Under the pieces are notes generated by a model, which was given only the letters and a program-made list of their open reading frames with translations, was not told the origin of the DNA and did not search any database. A stretch of DNA of 61,894 bases, taken from NCBI GenBank assembly GCA_034530875.2, contig JAVRCJ020000028.1, positions 36,836-98,729 on the forward strand, in the 5' to 3' direction. This stretch comes from Nostoc sp. DedSLP01. Its GTDB lineage: Bacteria > Cyanobacteriota > Cyanobacteriia > Cyanobacteriales > Nostocaceae. Shown piece by piece: positions 29,764-40,115 of the stretch (within the stretch, counting starts at the first letter, position 1; every line of letters starts with the position of its first letter). The position numbers were made by a program, and so were the translations under genes.

Positions 29764-32010
29764 ATGAGTACCGATTTTGTCCCCCAACCGCAGAACGACG
29801 ATCGCTTTCTAGAAGAAGCGATCGATCTGTTACTGTTCTTGGAGCAGGAGTTGCCTAACTATACAAAAGACAGTAACCCCGGTACAGCTTTGGCTCTCAT
29901 GGAAGCTGCTGGCTCTGTGCATTCGATTGCTATAGCAGCCGACCTAGATGCCATTGCCATAGTTGCGTCTGCACTAGGGGAGATTTTTCAGCTTTTGTAT
30001 CAGTATCGGGCAACTGTCAACGCCCCTATCGCCTCTTTGTTGTCAGAAGGATTAGATTGCCTACAGATGCTACTGATGGCATTTTTAACAGCCTCAAAAA
30101 TTGACGAAGTAGAAATTCTCCAGCGTATGTCTGCTATTGTTGCTAGTCTGCAAGCAGAGTTTGGCGATCGCCAACAAAGTGTTATTCACCAGGAAACAAA
30201 CATTGAGACATCGGGATATCAACCAGTTATTCAGTTTGGCGATTCCTTGACCGAGGTAGAATCTTCTGCATCTCTACCAGAGCAAGTTATGGTTAAAGAC
30301 AAGGAAAGTCTTGACAGGGAACTAATAGGTGAAATTAGCTCCCAGTCTGGCAGTCTTTGTCACGTAGATACCGAGCAGTCCGTCAAGGTAGGGGAACTAG
30401 CAAACCTAGAGGATTATGGGGAAGAAGATTTTCAAGCTTGGTTGGGGGATTTTTTTCTGCCTACTGAAACATCTGAAGCATCCCTAGTTAAATCTTTGAG
30501 CGATCGCCATACAATCTCTTTGCAAGAATACATTCCCACCATTGTTGCAACCAGTATTCCAACCGCCACACCCATCAATATTCAGCATCTCGAACAACTA
30601 AACGCGCTCCTTGCAACATTACTAACTACCTATAATCGGCAAATTTCTCAGGAAGAAGAACAGCAACATGCGATCGGCCAATTGCTCCGACAAGTTAAAC
30701 GATTACAACGCCTGCTGGACAATCTACAGGAATGGTCGGGACGTTTAGCAGCCATTTCAGATACTCTTTCTCCTCTAGCTGCTTCTCGCTCTCAGCAATT
30801 ATACGGTACTCTGCAATCTGTTTTGACCCAAGCATCTCAGGTGACATCAACTGTTCATTCCCTGAATAACAATCGTCACCAACTCAAACAAGAACTCATA
30901 CAGCAGGAAAACTTAGTTAACCGTTCTGCTGATTTAGTCAAAAAAGTTACAACTATTCCTTTAAAATTAGCCTTAGAACCGTTGCATCGGCTTTGGTCTC
31001 AGTTACAAGCTTTACAAGATAAGTCTGCTAGACTACATTTACAAATTAGCGATATCCCAGTCGATCGCACGTTTAGCGATCGCCTCCGTCTCCTTCTGTT
31101 GCATATAAGTTGCTATTTACTAGAGCAAAGTATAGAGTCTTGCCAAACACGCCAACAGTTAGGTAAAAATAGCAACGGTATTATTGAATTTCAAATTTAC
31201 CAGCAGGGAAATCAACTATTTATTGATGGCTGTGATGATGGCGCAGGACTTAACTTATCGCAAATCTATCAACAGGCTTTAGCTCAAGGATTCGCTCTGA
31301 CAAAACCAGAGGATATTCTACAAGCAAGTCAGCTGAGCGAACTAATACTTGAACCAGAGGTTTCATCTGTTTTGTGCGATCGGGCTGCCTTAGAGTTAGG
31401 AGCAGAATTAACTGAAGTTTGCAAGCAATTAACAGCTATTCAGGGAAGAATAGTATTGAAGTCTAAAGCTGGACATGGTACAGCCTTCTCGCTGCAAATT
31501 CCCCTCGAGCAAAAAATTGCTCAACTGATCGTCTGTGAAGCCAACTCTAGATTCTATGCATTTGTTGCCGATTCGGTAGAGCAGATTTGTTTATCCGAGT
31601 CCGAACAAATTCTCCAAACTCAAGCGGGACGTATGTTATTTTTGCAGTCTTCTAGCACCAGTGGCTTCCTGCGTGGCGATCGCGAGTATCCAACAACAGA
31701 AATGCTCGTTCCTATCCATTCATTGACTGATGTGCTAATTTGCCCTAATCATCTTCCCACACCAGTTAGCACTTACAGTACAGAGACACTCAATGTTTTC
31801 AAGCAGAATAAGCCGTTATTAGTATTTCGTTACTTAGAAAAACGATGTGCTTTAGAAGTAGATTGCATCATCGGCAAGCAGTCCTCTGCGATCCATCCTC
31901 TAGGGGAAACAATCCCAGTTGCTCCTTACATACTAGGAACTAGCGTTCTTGCCAACAGGCAACTTAGCCTAGTTTTGGATGGTCGCCTTTTCACAAAATC
32001 TCTATTGTAA
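29764..32010 (+). CDS. CheA-like protein with degenerate Hpt and ATPase motifs and a C-terminal CheW domain
   Basis: Colinear with the upstream CheA (DDGAGL, GHGTAFSLQIPL, YILGTSVL) but lacks the Hpt His, the N-box, the G2 box and the receiver. Confidence 0.8.
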   Translation: MSTDFVPQPQNDDRFLEEAIDLLLFLEQELPNYTKDSNPGTALALMEAAGSVHSIAIAADLDAIAIVASALGEIFQLLYQYRATVNAPIASLLSEGLDCLQMLLMAFLTASKIDEVEILQRMSAIVASLQAEFGDRQQSVIHQETNIETSGYQPVIQFGDSLTEVESSASLPEQVMVKDKESLDRELIGEISSQSGSLCHVDTEQSVKVGELANLEDYGEEDFQAWLGDFFLPTETSEASLVKSLSDRHTISLQEYIPTIVATSIPTATPINIQHLEQLNALLATLLTTYNRQISQEEEQQHAIGQLLRQVKRLQRLLDNLQEWSGRLAAISDTLSPLAASRSQQLYGTLQSVLTQASQVTSTVHSLNNNRHQLKQELIQQENLVNRSADLVKKVTTIPLKLALEPLHRLWSQLQALQDKSARLHLQISDIPVDRTFSDRLRLLLLHISCYLLEQSIESCQTRQQLGKNSNGIIEFQIYQQGNQLFIDGCDDGAGLNLSQIYQQALAQGFALTKPEDILQASQLSELILEPEVSSVLCDRAALELGAELTEVCKQLTAIQGRIVLKSKAGHGTAFSLQIPLEQKIAQLIVCEANSRFYAFVADSVEQICLSESEQILQTQAGRMLFLQSSSTSGFLRGDREYPTTEMLVPIHSLTDVLICPNHLPTPVSTYSTETLNVFKQNKPLLVFRYLEKRCALEVDCIIGKQSSAIHPLGETIPVAPYILGTSVLANRQLSLVLDGRLFTKSLL

Positions 32011-32360
32011 AGCCAAAGTTTTTATTTAGTCACGCTTGTCATTATGTCCTAAATCTATATGACTACGGCTATAACAAGCGTAGCTGATGGCGATCGTAAG
32101 GCTAACTTTGTGAATTTACAGGGGTTGTACATCTGTAGATTCACAAATTAGAGGTTGTTGCGATCGCCTAACTAGGCACTGTGCAACTTATAGCAGGAGG
32201 CAGAAGGCAGGAGGCAGGAGGGAAAGTCTTACTATTTCCAGCATTCAAGCTTTGAAAATGTCCTAACCTTATGTGGCTACAGCTAGAACTTGATTCTTTC
32301 ACATTCAAAACTGCCACCAATTCGTAATTACAAATTACGAATTAGTACAAGTTATGTTGT

Positions 32361-32984
32361 TTAAAAATTTGCCAGTTGTCGGTAGCGTTCTTGAATTTCC
32401 TGAATCGAAAACAACGCTTCAAACTTCAACCCAGCTGACTGGTACAACTCCCCTCCCCCTTGGTGTCTATCTACCAGTGCAATTACTTGATTAACGGTAT
32501 AACCTGCTCCTTGAAGACGCTCAACTGCTTTAAGAGCAGATTGCCCAGTCGTAACAACATCTTCCAAAACTACTATCTTTGCTCCTTCTGGTAAATTAGG
32601 GCCTTCTATATAAGCTCTCGTCCCATAACCCTTAGCCTCCTTGCGAATAATCAACGCTGGTATTGGTCGATTTTCATACACAGAAACCACGCTTACTGCT
32701 GTGACAAGGGGATCGGCCCCCATTGTTAAGCCTGCTACAGCCTGCGTATCTCCAGGTAGTAAAGGAAACAGCAATCTTCCAATTGCCAAAGCTCCTTGGG
32801 GGTGGAGTGTTACCTGCATCTTATTGACGTAATAAGAACTACGTAGCCCAGAAGCAAGAACGAAATCACCTTCTTGATAAGCCAGTTGAGAAAATAAATC
32901 TAATAGCTTCTGGCGCAAGTAACCCAAATCAGGGGTAGTCGCCCAAATATTTGAGTCAGTAAGAGTTTCAGTAGGATACGTCAT
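32361..32984 (-). CDS. pyrE: Orotate phosphoribosyltransferase
   Basis: GDFVLASG..SSYY, GLTMGADP, RKEAKGYG, VVLEDVVTTGQS PRPP motif. Confidence 0.95.
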   Translation of the reverse strand: MTYPTETLTDSNIWATTPDLGYLRQKLLDLFSQLAYQEGDFVLASGLRSSYYVNKMQVTLHPQGALAIGRLLFPLLPGDTQAVAGLTMGADPLVTAVSVVSVYENRPIPALIIRKEAKGYGTRAYIEGPNLPEGAKIVVLEDVVTTGQSALKAVERLQGAGYTVNQVIALVDRHQGGGELYQSAGLKFEALFSIQEIQERYRQLANF

Positions 32985-33085
32985 TACAAAACATTAAAAG
33001 TTGTGCTACACCAAAGGTTGAACTGATAACAGTTCTGAAATTAAGCATAAATTAAGATTCGCCAAAAATCTGAGGAGTAAGGAAC

Positions 33086-33502
33086 GTGGGTATAAAATTA
33101 AAAGCCTTTGGTGGTTTATTAATGGTGCTTGCTACTACTATTGCTTTTCCCTCTGTTGTAGCCGCCCAAACACAAACACCCAAAAGTGAAACTACAAGTG
33201 ATGTATTTGAACGAGCATTTTTTCGATACGATCGCAACTTCTACGACAATGGCAGCATCAAGCGTCAACTAGACTCATTTTTCGGAGCTGGGCCCAGTTT
33301 TGGTGGTTCCTTCCCAGAAAATGAAATTGCCCGTGATGGTCAATTGGTTAATACTTTATATCACGATGCCCTAACTCAGCAAGCAGGCAACGATCCTTAT
33401 ATTCGCACTCCTGATTTACCAAATCCCTATGACACATCCCTAATGATGTCTCCTCGCTTTAATACCAACAAGCTCAAAGTTGGAACTGAATTCAGGTTTT
33501 AA
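33086..33502 (+). CDS. Secreted/periplasmic hypothetical protein
   Basis: Signal-peptide-like N-terminus (VAAQ) and cyanobacterial FPENEIARD...IRTPDLPNPYDTS pattern. Confidence 0.75.
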   Translation: MGIKLKAFGGLLMVLATTIAFPSVVAAQTQTPKSETTSDVFERAFFRYDRNFYDNGSIKRQLDSFFGAGPSFGGSFPENEIARDGQLVNTLYHDALTQQAGNDPYIRTPDLPNPYDTSLMMSPRFNTNKLKVGTEFRF

Positions 33503-33666
33503 AATTTACCACCTCGGTAAGAGGCAGGGGAGCAGGGGAGCAGAGGGGCAAAGGGCAAGGGGCAAAGGGGAAAGGGAATAAACGCTACCTTTTCCCTTTC
33601 ACCTTTTCCCTACCCGAAGGGTTTTGCACAATGCCCCATGGCCCTTTATTTTTTGATAATCTTCAG

Positions 33667-33739
33667 TGCGCCCTGCTGGAATCGAACCAGCCTGAAGACG
33701 AATTATGAGTTCGTTGCCTCCCCAATCGGCCAAAGGCGC
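33667..33739 (-). tRNA. tRNA with CAT anticodon (probably Ile2/lysidine type; Met possible)
   Basis: Reverse complement folds as a cloverleaf: acceptor GCGCCTT/AGGGCGC-A, anticodon arm ACGAA-CTCATAA-TTCGT, T-arm GCTGG-TTCGATT-CCAGC; CCA not encoded. Confidence 0.92.
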
Positions 33740-34040
33740 TTATTTTCTTTGCTGTGTTTAGGTTTGCGATAAGGGAATTACTTAAACCCTTAACTTTATT
33801 TTATTTGCTAACTTTAGAGTTAAGTAAAGTACCTTACGTACTGAATTTTAGCAAACTGTCCAATGTTAGCACAAATTCATTACCTGTGAATACTCGACAA
33901 TAGTTTACCAGATTTTTATACTACATAATCTAATCATAAAATAGTGCAAACTAATATTGATTAAGTTCCTTTAAGGATTGACGCCTAGAGCTTCATTATT
34001 CTTAAAAAAACCAGCATTCTTGTGCATTAGCTTGTCAGCA

Positions 34041-34742
34041 ATGAAAATAAATTCTACTGTACTTCTTACTTTGATTTTGTTAATCCTGATGTTGGGAGCA
34101 GGTTCTGTAAGCGCGTTATTGGGGTTTGAACTGGGAAGTTCAGCACTCAAAGGCGTTACAACACCGGATGGACGTCCCACGACGAAATTTGCCAGCAACA
34201 AAGCAAATAGCTCCCAACAGGGAGGGGTAGTGCTACTAAAAGAGGAAGAAATTCTGAAAGTTGTCAAGGCCCGAATTGAGGGTAAGACCAAGGCCGCTAA
34301 ATCGGAAAAGCTAGAGGAAGATGATGAAGAAACCAATAGCAGCAAACAAAAGCCTGAAGAAAAACCTCCAGAAGTAGTTGAAGAAAAACCACAGCCAGGT
34401 TTTCCAGTGGTTACCCAGAGTGAAGGTGTAACCATGTCTGTGCAATCTGCTCGCTACTCTGGTGGCGATTTGCTTTTGAAAGTAAAAATGCAGAATAAAG
34501 GTAAAGATTCTGTGCGCTTCTTGTATAGCTTTTTAGATGTGACCGATGATAAAGGACGAACTCTGAGCGCTAGTACAGAAGGTTTACCAACAGAATTGCC
34601 TGCCAATGGGCCAGCATTTACAGGTACGGTGAGCATTCCCACAGCTTTACTTGATGATGTCAAGAAAATATCACTTGCTTTGACTGATTATCCTGCTCAA
34701 GAATTAAAGCTAGAGGCAGCGAATATTCCTGTAGAAAGGTAG
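34041..34742 (+). CDS. Membrane-anchored hypothetical protein with C-terminal Ig-like beta domain
   Basis: Probable ATG 34041; N-terminal transmembrane helix; VRFLYSFLDVTDDKGRTLSA motif. Confidence 0.75.
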   Translation: MKINSTVLLTLILLILMLGAGSVSALLGFELGSSALKGVTTPDGRPTTKFASNKANSSQQGGVVLLKEEEILKVVKARIEGKTKAAKSEKLEEDDEETNSSKQKPEEKPPEVVEEKPQPGFPVVTQSEGVTMSVQSARYSGGDLLLKVKMQNKGKDSVRFLYSFLDVTDDKGRTLSASTEGLPTELPANGPAFTGTVSIPTALLDDVKKISLALTDYPAQELKLEAANIPVER

Positions 34743-34876
34743 GAGGGGCAATTTGAGATTTGAGATTTGAGATTTTAGATTGGGGGACTTAGTACTAAGC
34801 AATTGAACTAATCCCCAATACCCAAAATTTAATCCAAAATCCAAAATCCAAAATCTAAAATCCAAGAATCAAGGGT

Positions 34877-36262
34877 GTGAATTTTACACAAGCTTTGGCG
34901 GTGAGTGGTTTTCCTAATTTAATTTGGACGGAGGCAGGGCTGCGATTGTTGTCAGTTTTACTGCTGATTGCCATAAATGCGTTTTTTGTGACGGCGGAAT
35001 TTTCAATGGTGAGCGTGCGGCGATCGCGTATTCACCAGCTAGTTAAAGCTGGGGATGTGCCAGCAATCGCTGTGGAGATGCTACAACGCAGTATTGACCG
35101 ACTGCTATCTACCACCCAGTTAGGTATTACTCTCTCTAGTTTGGCTCTGGGATGGATTGGCGAAAGTACTATTGTCGTCTTGGTGAATGCCTGGTTAAAA
35201 TCCTGGCCTCTACCCAGTAGGATGACTACCTTCATCGCCCATTCTTTTTCAATTCCCATCGCCTTTTTCTTAATTGCCTATTTGCAAATTGTTTTAGGGG
35301 AATTATGCCCTAAATCATTAGCGATGCTGTATTCAGAACAGCTAGCTCGATTTTTAGGGCCTCCAGTCAAAGCGATCGTTCGTTTTTTTGGGCCCTTCAT
35401 TTGGATTCTCAACCAATCAACTCGTTGCTTGTTGCGAATTTTTGGTATCCAATACACAGGCCAAGGGTGGAGACCGCCTGTAACTCCCGAAGAATTGCAA
35501 GTGATTATTTCTACAGAATGGGGTTCTACAGGTTTACAACGTGCCGAGCGAGAACTGCTCAATAATGTTTTTGAGTTTGGAGATGTCGTAGCTGAAGCTG
35601 TAATGATCCCCCGCACCAGTATTGTGGTGTTGCCAAAAGATGCTACTTTTCTGACATTACTCAAGGAAATGGCTGCTACAGGTTACTCCCGCTATCCCTT
35701 AATTGGTGAATCTTTGGACGATGTTCGCGGTATTGTTTATTTTAAAGATTTAGCGCAACCTCTAATTGTAGGAAACCTGACTTTAGACACGCAAATCCAA
35801 CCTTGGATGCGCCCAGCTCGGTTTGTTCCAGAACACACGCCTTTAAGCGAACTTTTGCCAATGATGCAGCAAGAACAACCAGCTATGGTCATGGTCGTTA
35901 ATGAGTTTGGCGCGACAGTGGGACTCGTGACCATTAAAGATGTCATTGCCGAAATCATTGGCGATGCCAGCGAAGCCGAAAATAACGACGATTTGCTAAT
36001 CCAGATGTTAGATGAGGATAAATTTCTGGTACAGGCACAAATCAACCTCGAAGACCTCAACGAGCTTTTACATCTCAATTTACCTTTGACAAGAGAATAC
36101 CAAACACTGGGAGGCTTTTTGCTGTATCAACTACAGAAAATTCCTGCTAAAGGCGAAACCTTCCATTATCAAAATCTTGAATTTACTGTGGTGTCAGTTG
36201 TTGGGCCGCGCCTACATCAAATTCAACTGCGGCGCTTACAAGAGTTACCAGTTGAGAGTTAA
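34877..36262 (+). CDS. Hemolysin family / CNNM-CBS-CorC protein
   Basis: NAFFVTAEFS, TQLGITLSSLALGWIGE, GELCPK, VMIPRT, YSRYP, VNEFGATVGLVT, YQTLGG. Confidence 0.92.
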   Translation: MNFTQALAVSGFPNLIWTEAGLRLLSVLLLIAINAFFVTAEFSMVSVRRSRIHQLVKAGDVPAIAVEMLQRSIDRLLSTTQLGITLSSLALGWIGESTIVVLVNAWLKSWPLPSRMTTFIAHSFSIPIAFFLIAYLQIVLGELCPKSLAMLYSEQLARFLGPPVKAIVRFFGPFIWILNQSTRCLLRIFGIQYTGQGWRPPVTPEELQVIISTEWGSTGLQRAERELLNNVFEFGDVVAEAVMIPRTSIVVLPKDATFLTLLKEMAATGYSRYPLIGESLDDVRGIVYFKDLAQPLIVGNLTLDTQIQPWMRPARFVPEHTPLSELLPMMQQEQPAMVMVVNEFGATVGLVTIKDVIAEIIGDASEAENNDDLLIQMLDEDKFLVQAQINLEDLNELLHLNLPLTREYQTLGGFLLYQLQKIPAKGETFHYQNLEFTVVSVVGPRLHQIQLRRLQELPVES

Positions 36263-36343
36263 GAGTTGAGAGTTAGGAGTTAAGAGTTGAGATTTAAGAC
36301 TTTTTTATTCATAACTCCTGACTCCTGACTCCTGACTCCTCAC

Positions 36344-37021
36344 TTAAAAACTATAAGCCAGTGGATCGACGAGTCCCAATTCGGCAAAAGCTGCTAACCG
36401 TAAAAGACAAGAATCGCACACACCACAGGCGACATCACCGCCGGCATAGCAAGACCAAGTTAGTTCCCAAGGAACTCCCAATTGGTTACCGAGTTGAATG
36501 ATTTCAGTTTTCTTGAGGTTAATCAGGGGTGCAATGATGTTAATTGGTTGTCCCTGGCGTCCTTGTTTGGTTCCCAACCGAAAAACTTCTTGCATAGCTT
36601 GGATATAATCGGGGCGACAGTCAGGATATCCTGAATAATCTAAAGCGTTAACGCCGATATATACGCACTCAGCTGCGATCGCTTCGGCGTAACTCAAAGC
36701 AAAGCTTAAAAAAATCGTATTACGAGCCGGAACATAAGTAACAGGAATATTTTGAGCCATTTCATCCAAGGATCTTTCCTGTGGTAAATCAATAGCGTCA
36801 TCCGTAAGTGCCGAACCGCCCCATTGCCTTAAATCAAAATTAACCACCTGATGTTTCACAACTCCAGCTTTTTGACTTACAAGCAAGGCTGACTCTAACT
36901 CTCGTCGGTGTCGCTGCTGGTAATCAAAAGAAATGGCATAACATGAAAAGCCATCTGCCTTAGCTTTGTACAAAATTGTGGAAGAGTCCAATCCCCCAGA
37001 TAACAGAATTACAGCTTTCAT
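36344..37021 (-). CDS. queC: 7-cyano-7-deazaguanine synthase
   Basis: SGGLDS, TYVPARN, YPDCR, TWSCY..CGVCDSC. Confidence 0.96.
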   Translation of the reverse strand: MKAVILLSGGLDSSTILYKAKADGFSCYAISFDYQQRHRRELESALLVSQKAGVVKHQVVNFDLRQWGGSALTDDAIDLPQERSLDEMAQNIPVTYVPARNTIFLSFALSYAEAIAAECVYIGVNALDYSGYPDCRPDYIQAMQEVFRLGTKQGRQGQPINIIAPLINLKKTEIIQLGNQLGVPWELTWSCYAGGDVACGVCDSCLLRLAAFAELGLVDPLAYSF

Positions 37022-37726
37022 CTCGGTTGCAAATTTGGTATCTCAAATTGCTAAATCACACTCCAACAAGATGCAAGGAAGGAATACCAAAGTTACTCCA
37101 TAATTTCTATGAGCGATTGTAAACACCTTTGCACCCTAGATCTTCAAAAAAAGAATCTATTACAGTTTCTCTCAAAAAGCAGCGCGATATCTCATCTTCT
37201 CTATGAGAGACTACACCACCGGACAATCTTGCTAGCTTGACTCACCCTAGTAGTACGATAAGCTACTAAATACCTACAAAAAATACAGCAAATAGCCATA
37301 CAAAAATTGTTTCAGGCGATCGCTAACAGCAATTATTAATACCATTTTTTGGCAGAAAAAGCATGGTATTACTGGATTATTATTTTGTAATTTTAATGCT
37401 GCAACTTCGATTGTCATTAATTGCCTAACTGTAGGCTGACGGAAAATCTGGCCACAAAAAAATCACCCTTAGAATTTTTGAGAATTTATACTTAAGTCTT
37501 CCCTGATATTCTAAAGTTAATAAAAAGACACATATTTTTTTGTAAAAAATGCAAAATGCAAACCAACCCCTAACTATCTATACAAAAGATAGCTGGATTG
37601 CGGGAACCGATCGCAAACTTTGAAATTCTTCATAAACATAGGCTCTATGTTACCATCTGGATGGTTTTAGACGGATCGTAACTGGCTTTCTTTGTATAAA
37701 CGCCAACGGCCGTAGCGTCTCTTAAT

Positions 37727-38833
37727 TTGGTGGTTGAGGAGAGAATAATAGTGCAAAATAGCATGTCACTGGCAGAACCGAATCCATATACACAGCGCAA
37801 CCAGCCACGACCAATCCGCATAGGCGTGATTGGGGTGGGCAACATGGGACAACACCACGCCCGCGTCTTGAGTTCAATGAAAGATGTTGAACTAGTCGGC
37901 GTGGCAGATATTAACGTCGAACGAGGTTTAGAAACTGCCAGCAAGTACAAGGTGCGTTTTTTTGAAGACTACTGTGACTTGCTACCCTTGGTGGAAGCAG
38001 TTTGTATTGCTGTTCCCACTCGCCTGCATTATGCGGTGGGCATTAGCTGTCTGTTAGCCGGAATTCATGTTTTGATTGAAAAACCGATCGCAGCCAGTAT
38101 TTCTGAGGCAGAATCCCTAGTCAATGCCGCAGCTGAGTCTCAATGTATCCTGCAAGTAGGTCATATTGAGCGCTTTAATCCAGCATTTAGGGAACTCAGC
38201 CAAGTGCTGAAAACAGAAGAATTATTGGCATTAGAAGCCCATCGGATGAGTCCTTATTCAGACCGAGCAAACGATGTTTCGGTTGTCCTGGATTTAATGA
38301 TCCATGACATCGACCTGCTTCTGGAATTAGCAGCTTCCCCAGTGACCAAGTTGACTGCTAGCGGTACTCGTGCCCTAGACTCAGGTTATTTGGATTACGT
38401 AACTGCCACTCTAGGCTTTGCTAATGGTATAGTCGCCACCCTGACAGCCAGTAAAGTCACTCACCGCAAAATTCGCCGGATTGTTGCCCACTGCAAAAAT
38501 TCATTCACTGAGGCAGATTTTCTCAAGAATGAAATTTTGATTCACCGACAAACAAATCCTAACTCTCTTACTGACCATCGACAAGTACTTTACAGGCAGG
38601 ATGGCATCATCGAAAAAGTCTACACCAGCAACATTCAACCTCTGAGTGCAGAATTAGAACATTTTGTCAACTGCGTACATGGCGGCAATCAACCCTCAGT
38701 AGGTGGCGAACAAGCTCTTAAAGCTTTGAGATTAGCTAGTTTAATTGAGCAGATGGCCTTGGAAGACAGAGTTTGGAATCCCTTAGACTGGCAATCGGAA
38801 GCAAGAGTACAAGCTTTGACGCCGACAGTCTAG
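37727..38833 (+). CDS. Gfo/Idh/MocA family oxidoreductase (true start may be slightly downstream)
   Basis: IGVIGVGNMG, IEKP, GHIERFNPA, DLMIHDIDL. Confidence 0.92.
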   Translation: MVVEERIIVQNSMSLAEPNPYTQRNQPRPIRIGVIGVGNMGQHHARVLSSMKDVELVGVADINVERGLETASKYKVRFFEDYCDLLPLVEAVCIAVPTRLHYAVGISCLLAGIHVLIEKPIAASISEAESLVNAAAESQCILQVGHIERFNPAFRELSQVLKTEELLALEAHRMSPYSDRANDVSVVLDLMIHDIDLLLELAASPVTKLTASGTRALDSGYLDYVTATLGFANGIVATLTASKVTHRKIRRIVAHCKNSFTEADFLKNEILIHRQTNPNSLTDHRQVLYRQDGIIEKVYTSNIQPLSAELEHFVNCVHGGNQPSVGGEQALKALRLASLIEQMALEDRVWNPLDWQSEARVQALTPTV

Positions 38834-39274
38834 AACGAGAAAGGCGGCACAGGAGCAGGGGGCAGAGGAGCAGAGGGGCACAGGAGAGAATAATAACTCC
38901 TAACTCCTCACTCCTAACTCTTGATTCAGCACAGGCTAAACACGCCACTGCGGCAACGAACGGTACTCAGCACTCTTCATGCCTAATGTCCAATGACTCA
39001 GAACCCTAGAGTGTTTTTTCTAATTTGCCATCAAATTTTTAGATCCTCACTAGTCCTTTCAAAAAGCGGGCTAAGGGGGATCTAATTATTTAGAAAACAA
39101 CTTCTCTTGGAAAATAGCGAGATGGGGAGATGGTGAAGTGTGGGGAGTGTGAGGAGTGTGGGGGGAAAGATTTCTTCCCCATCCTTCCACACCTCCCACA
39201 CTCCCTGCTTGTCCAATGCCCAATACCCTATTGGCAATAAAAAACTAGTACAGTAATTTTTAGGAATTAACTTA

Positions 39275-39898
39275 ATGCTTGAATGGATAACTAACACTAT
39301 CAACTCTTTAGGATATTGGGGAATCTGCTTAATGATGTTCTTAGAGAACCTCTTTCCCCCTATTCCTTCAGAATTGATTATGCCGTTGGCTGGATTCACA
39401 GCAAGTCCATATCAACCAGGAGGTGCAAAACTTAATATCGTTGGGGTGTTTTTTGCAGGACTTTTGGGTTCTGTATTGGGCGCTCTTGTTTGGTACTATC
39501 CAGGTAAGTTTTTGGGCGAAAAGCGCTTGAAACTTTGGGCAGACAAATATGGTAAATGGTTAGCTATATCCAGTAAAGATATTACTAAGGCTAAAGGCTG
39601 GTTCGATCGACAAGGTACCAAAGCAGTATTGATTGGTCGCCTTGTACCAGGAATCCGCACTTTGATTTCTGTCCCCGCAGGGATCGCTAATATGCCCTTG
39701 CTACCATTTCTGTTTTATAGCACTATAGGTAGCGCAGCTTGGGTGGGTTTGCTAACATACTCAGGATATATATTAGGTAGTCAGTATGAACTTGTGGATG
39801 AATACCTTGCTCCTGTGTCCAAAATTGTGCTTGGGGGTTTGGTTTTAGCATTTATTTTCTGGGTGTTGAAGCGTCAGCGAAGACGTACCAGAAGATAA
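39275..39898 (+). CDS. DedA family membrane protein
   Basis: LENLFPPIPSE, GRLVPGIRTLISVPAG. Confidence 0.93.
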   Translation: MLEWITNTINSLGYWGICLMMFLENLFPPIPSELIMPLAGFTASPYQPGGAKLNIVGVFFAGLLGSVLGALVWYYPGKFLGEKRLKLWADKYGKWLAISSKDITKAKGWFDRQGTKAVLIGRLVPGIRTLISVPAGIANMPLLPFLFYSTIGSAAWVGLLTYSGYILGSQYELVDEYLAPVSKIVLGGLVLAFIFWVLKRQRRRTRR

Positions 39899-40115
39899 AC
39901 AGGGGCGCTTTTGGTTTGAAAGCAGTGAAAGCAGGGGTTACATCTGGCCAAAATTCGCCTACACTATGCCAAATAATACTAGATGTGCAATTGCCAAAAT
40001 TAATTTTTGGCGTATTTCTAGCTACACTTGACGCAACCTAGAATTTCTGGTTGCCCGCATTTTTGTAAGATGAGCATGACAACTTTTTACATTTAAGTTA
40101 GAACTAGGAGCTTTC

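Noticed and set aside
33667..33739. tRNA as an island integration site
   Set aside because: No duplicated tRNA 3' end or integrase seen; flanks are housekeeping genes.
33828..33842. LexA-like palindrome AGTAC-CTTAC-GTACT
   Set aside because: The spacer is one base longer than the recalled cyanobacterial LexA box, and no SOS gene is adjacent.
38736..39399. ORFs 38736-38948, 38773-39009, 39082-39399 (and similarly 54667-55017, 60453-60641)
   Set aside because: Built largely from intergenic STRR repeats or overlapping real genes.
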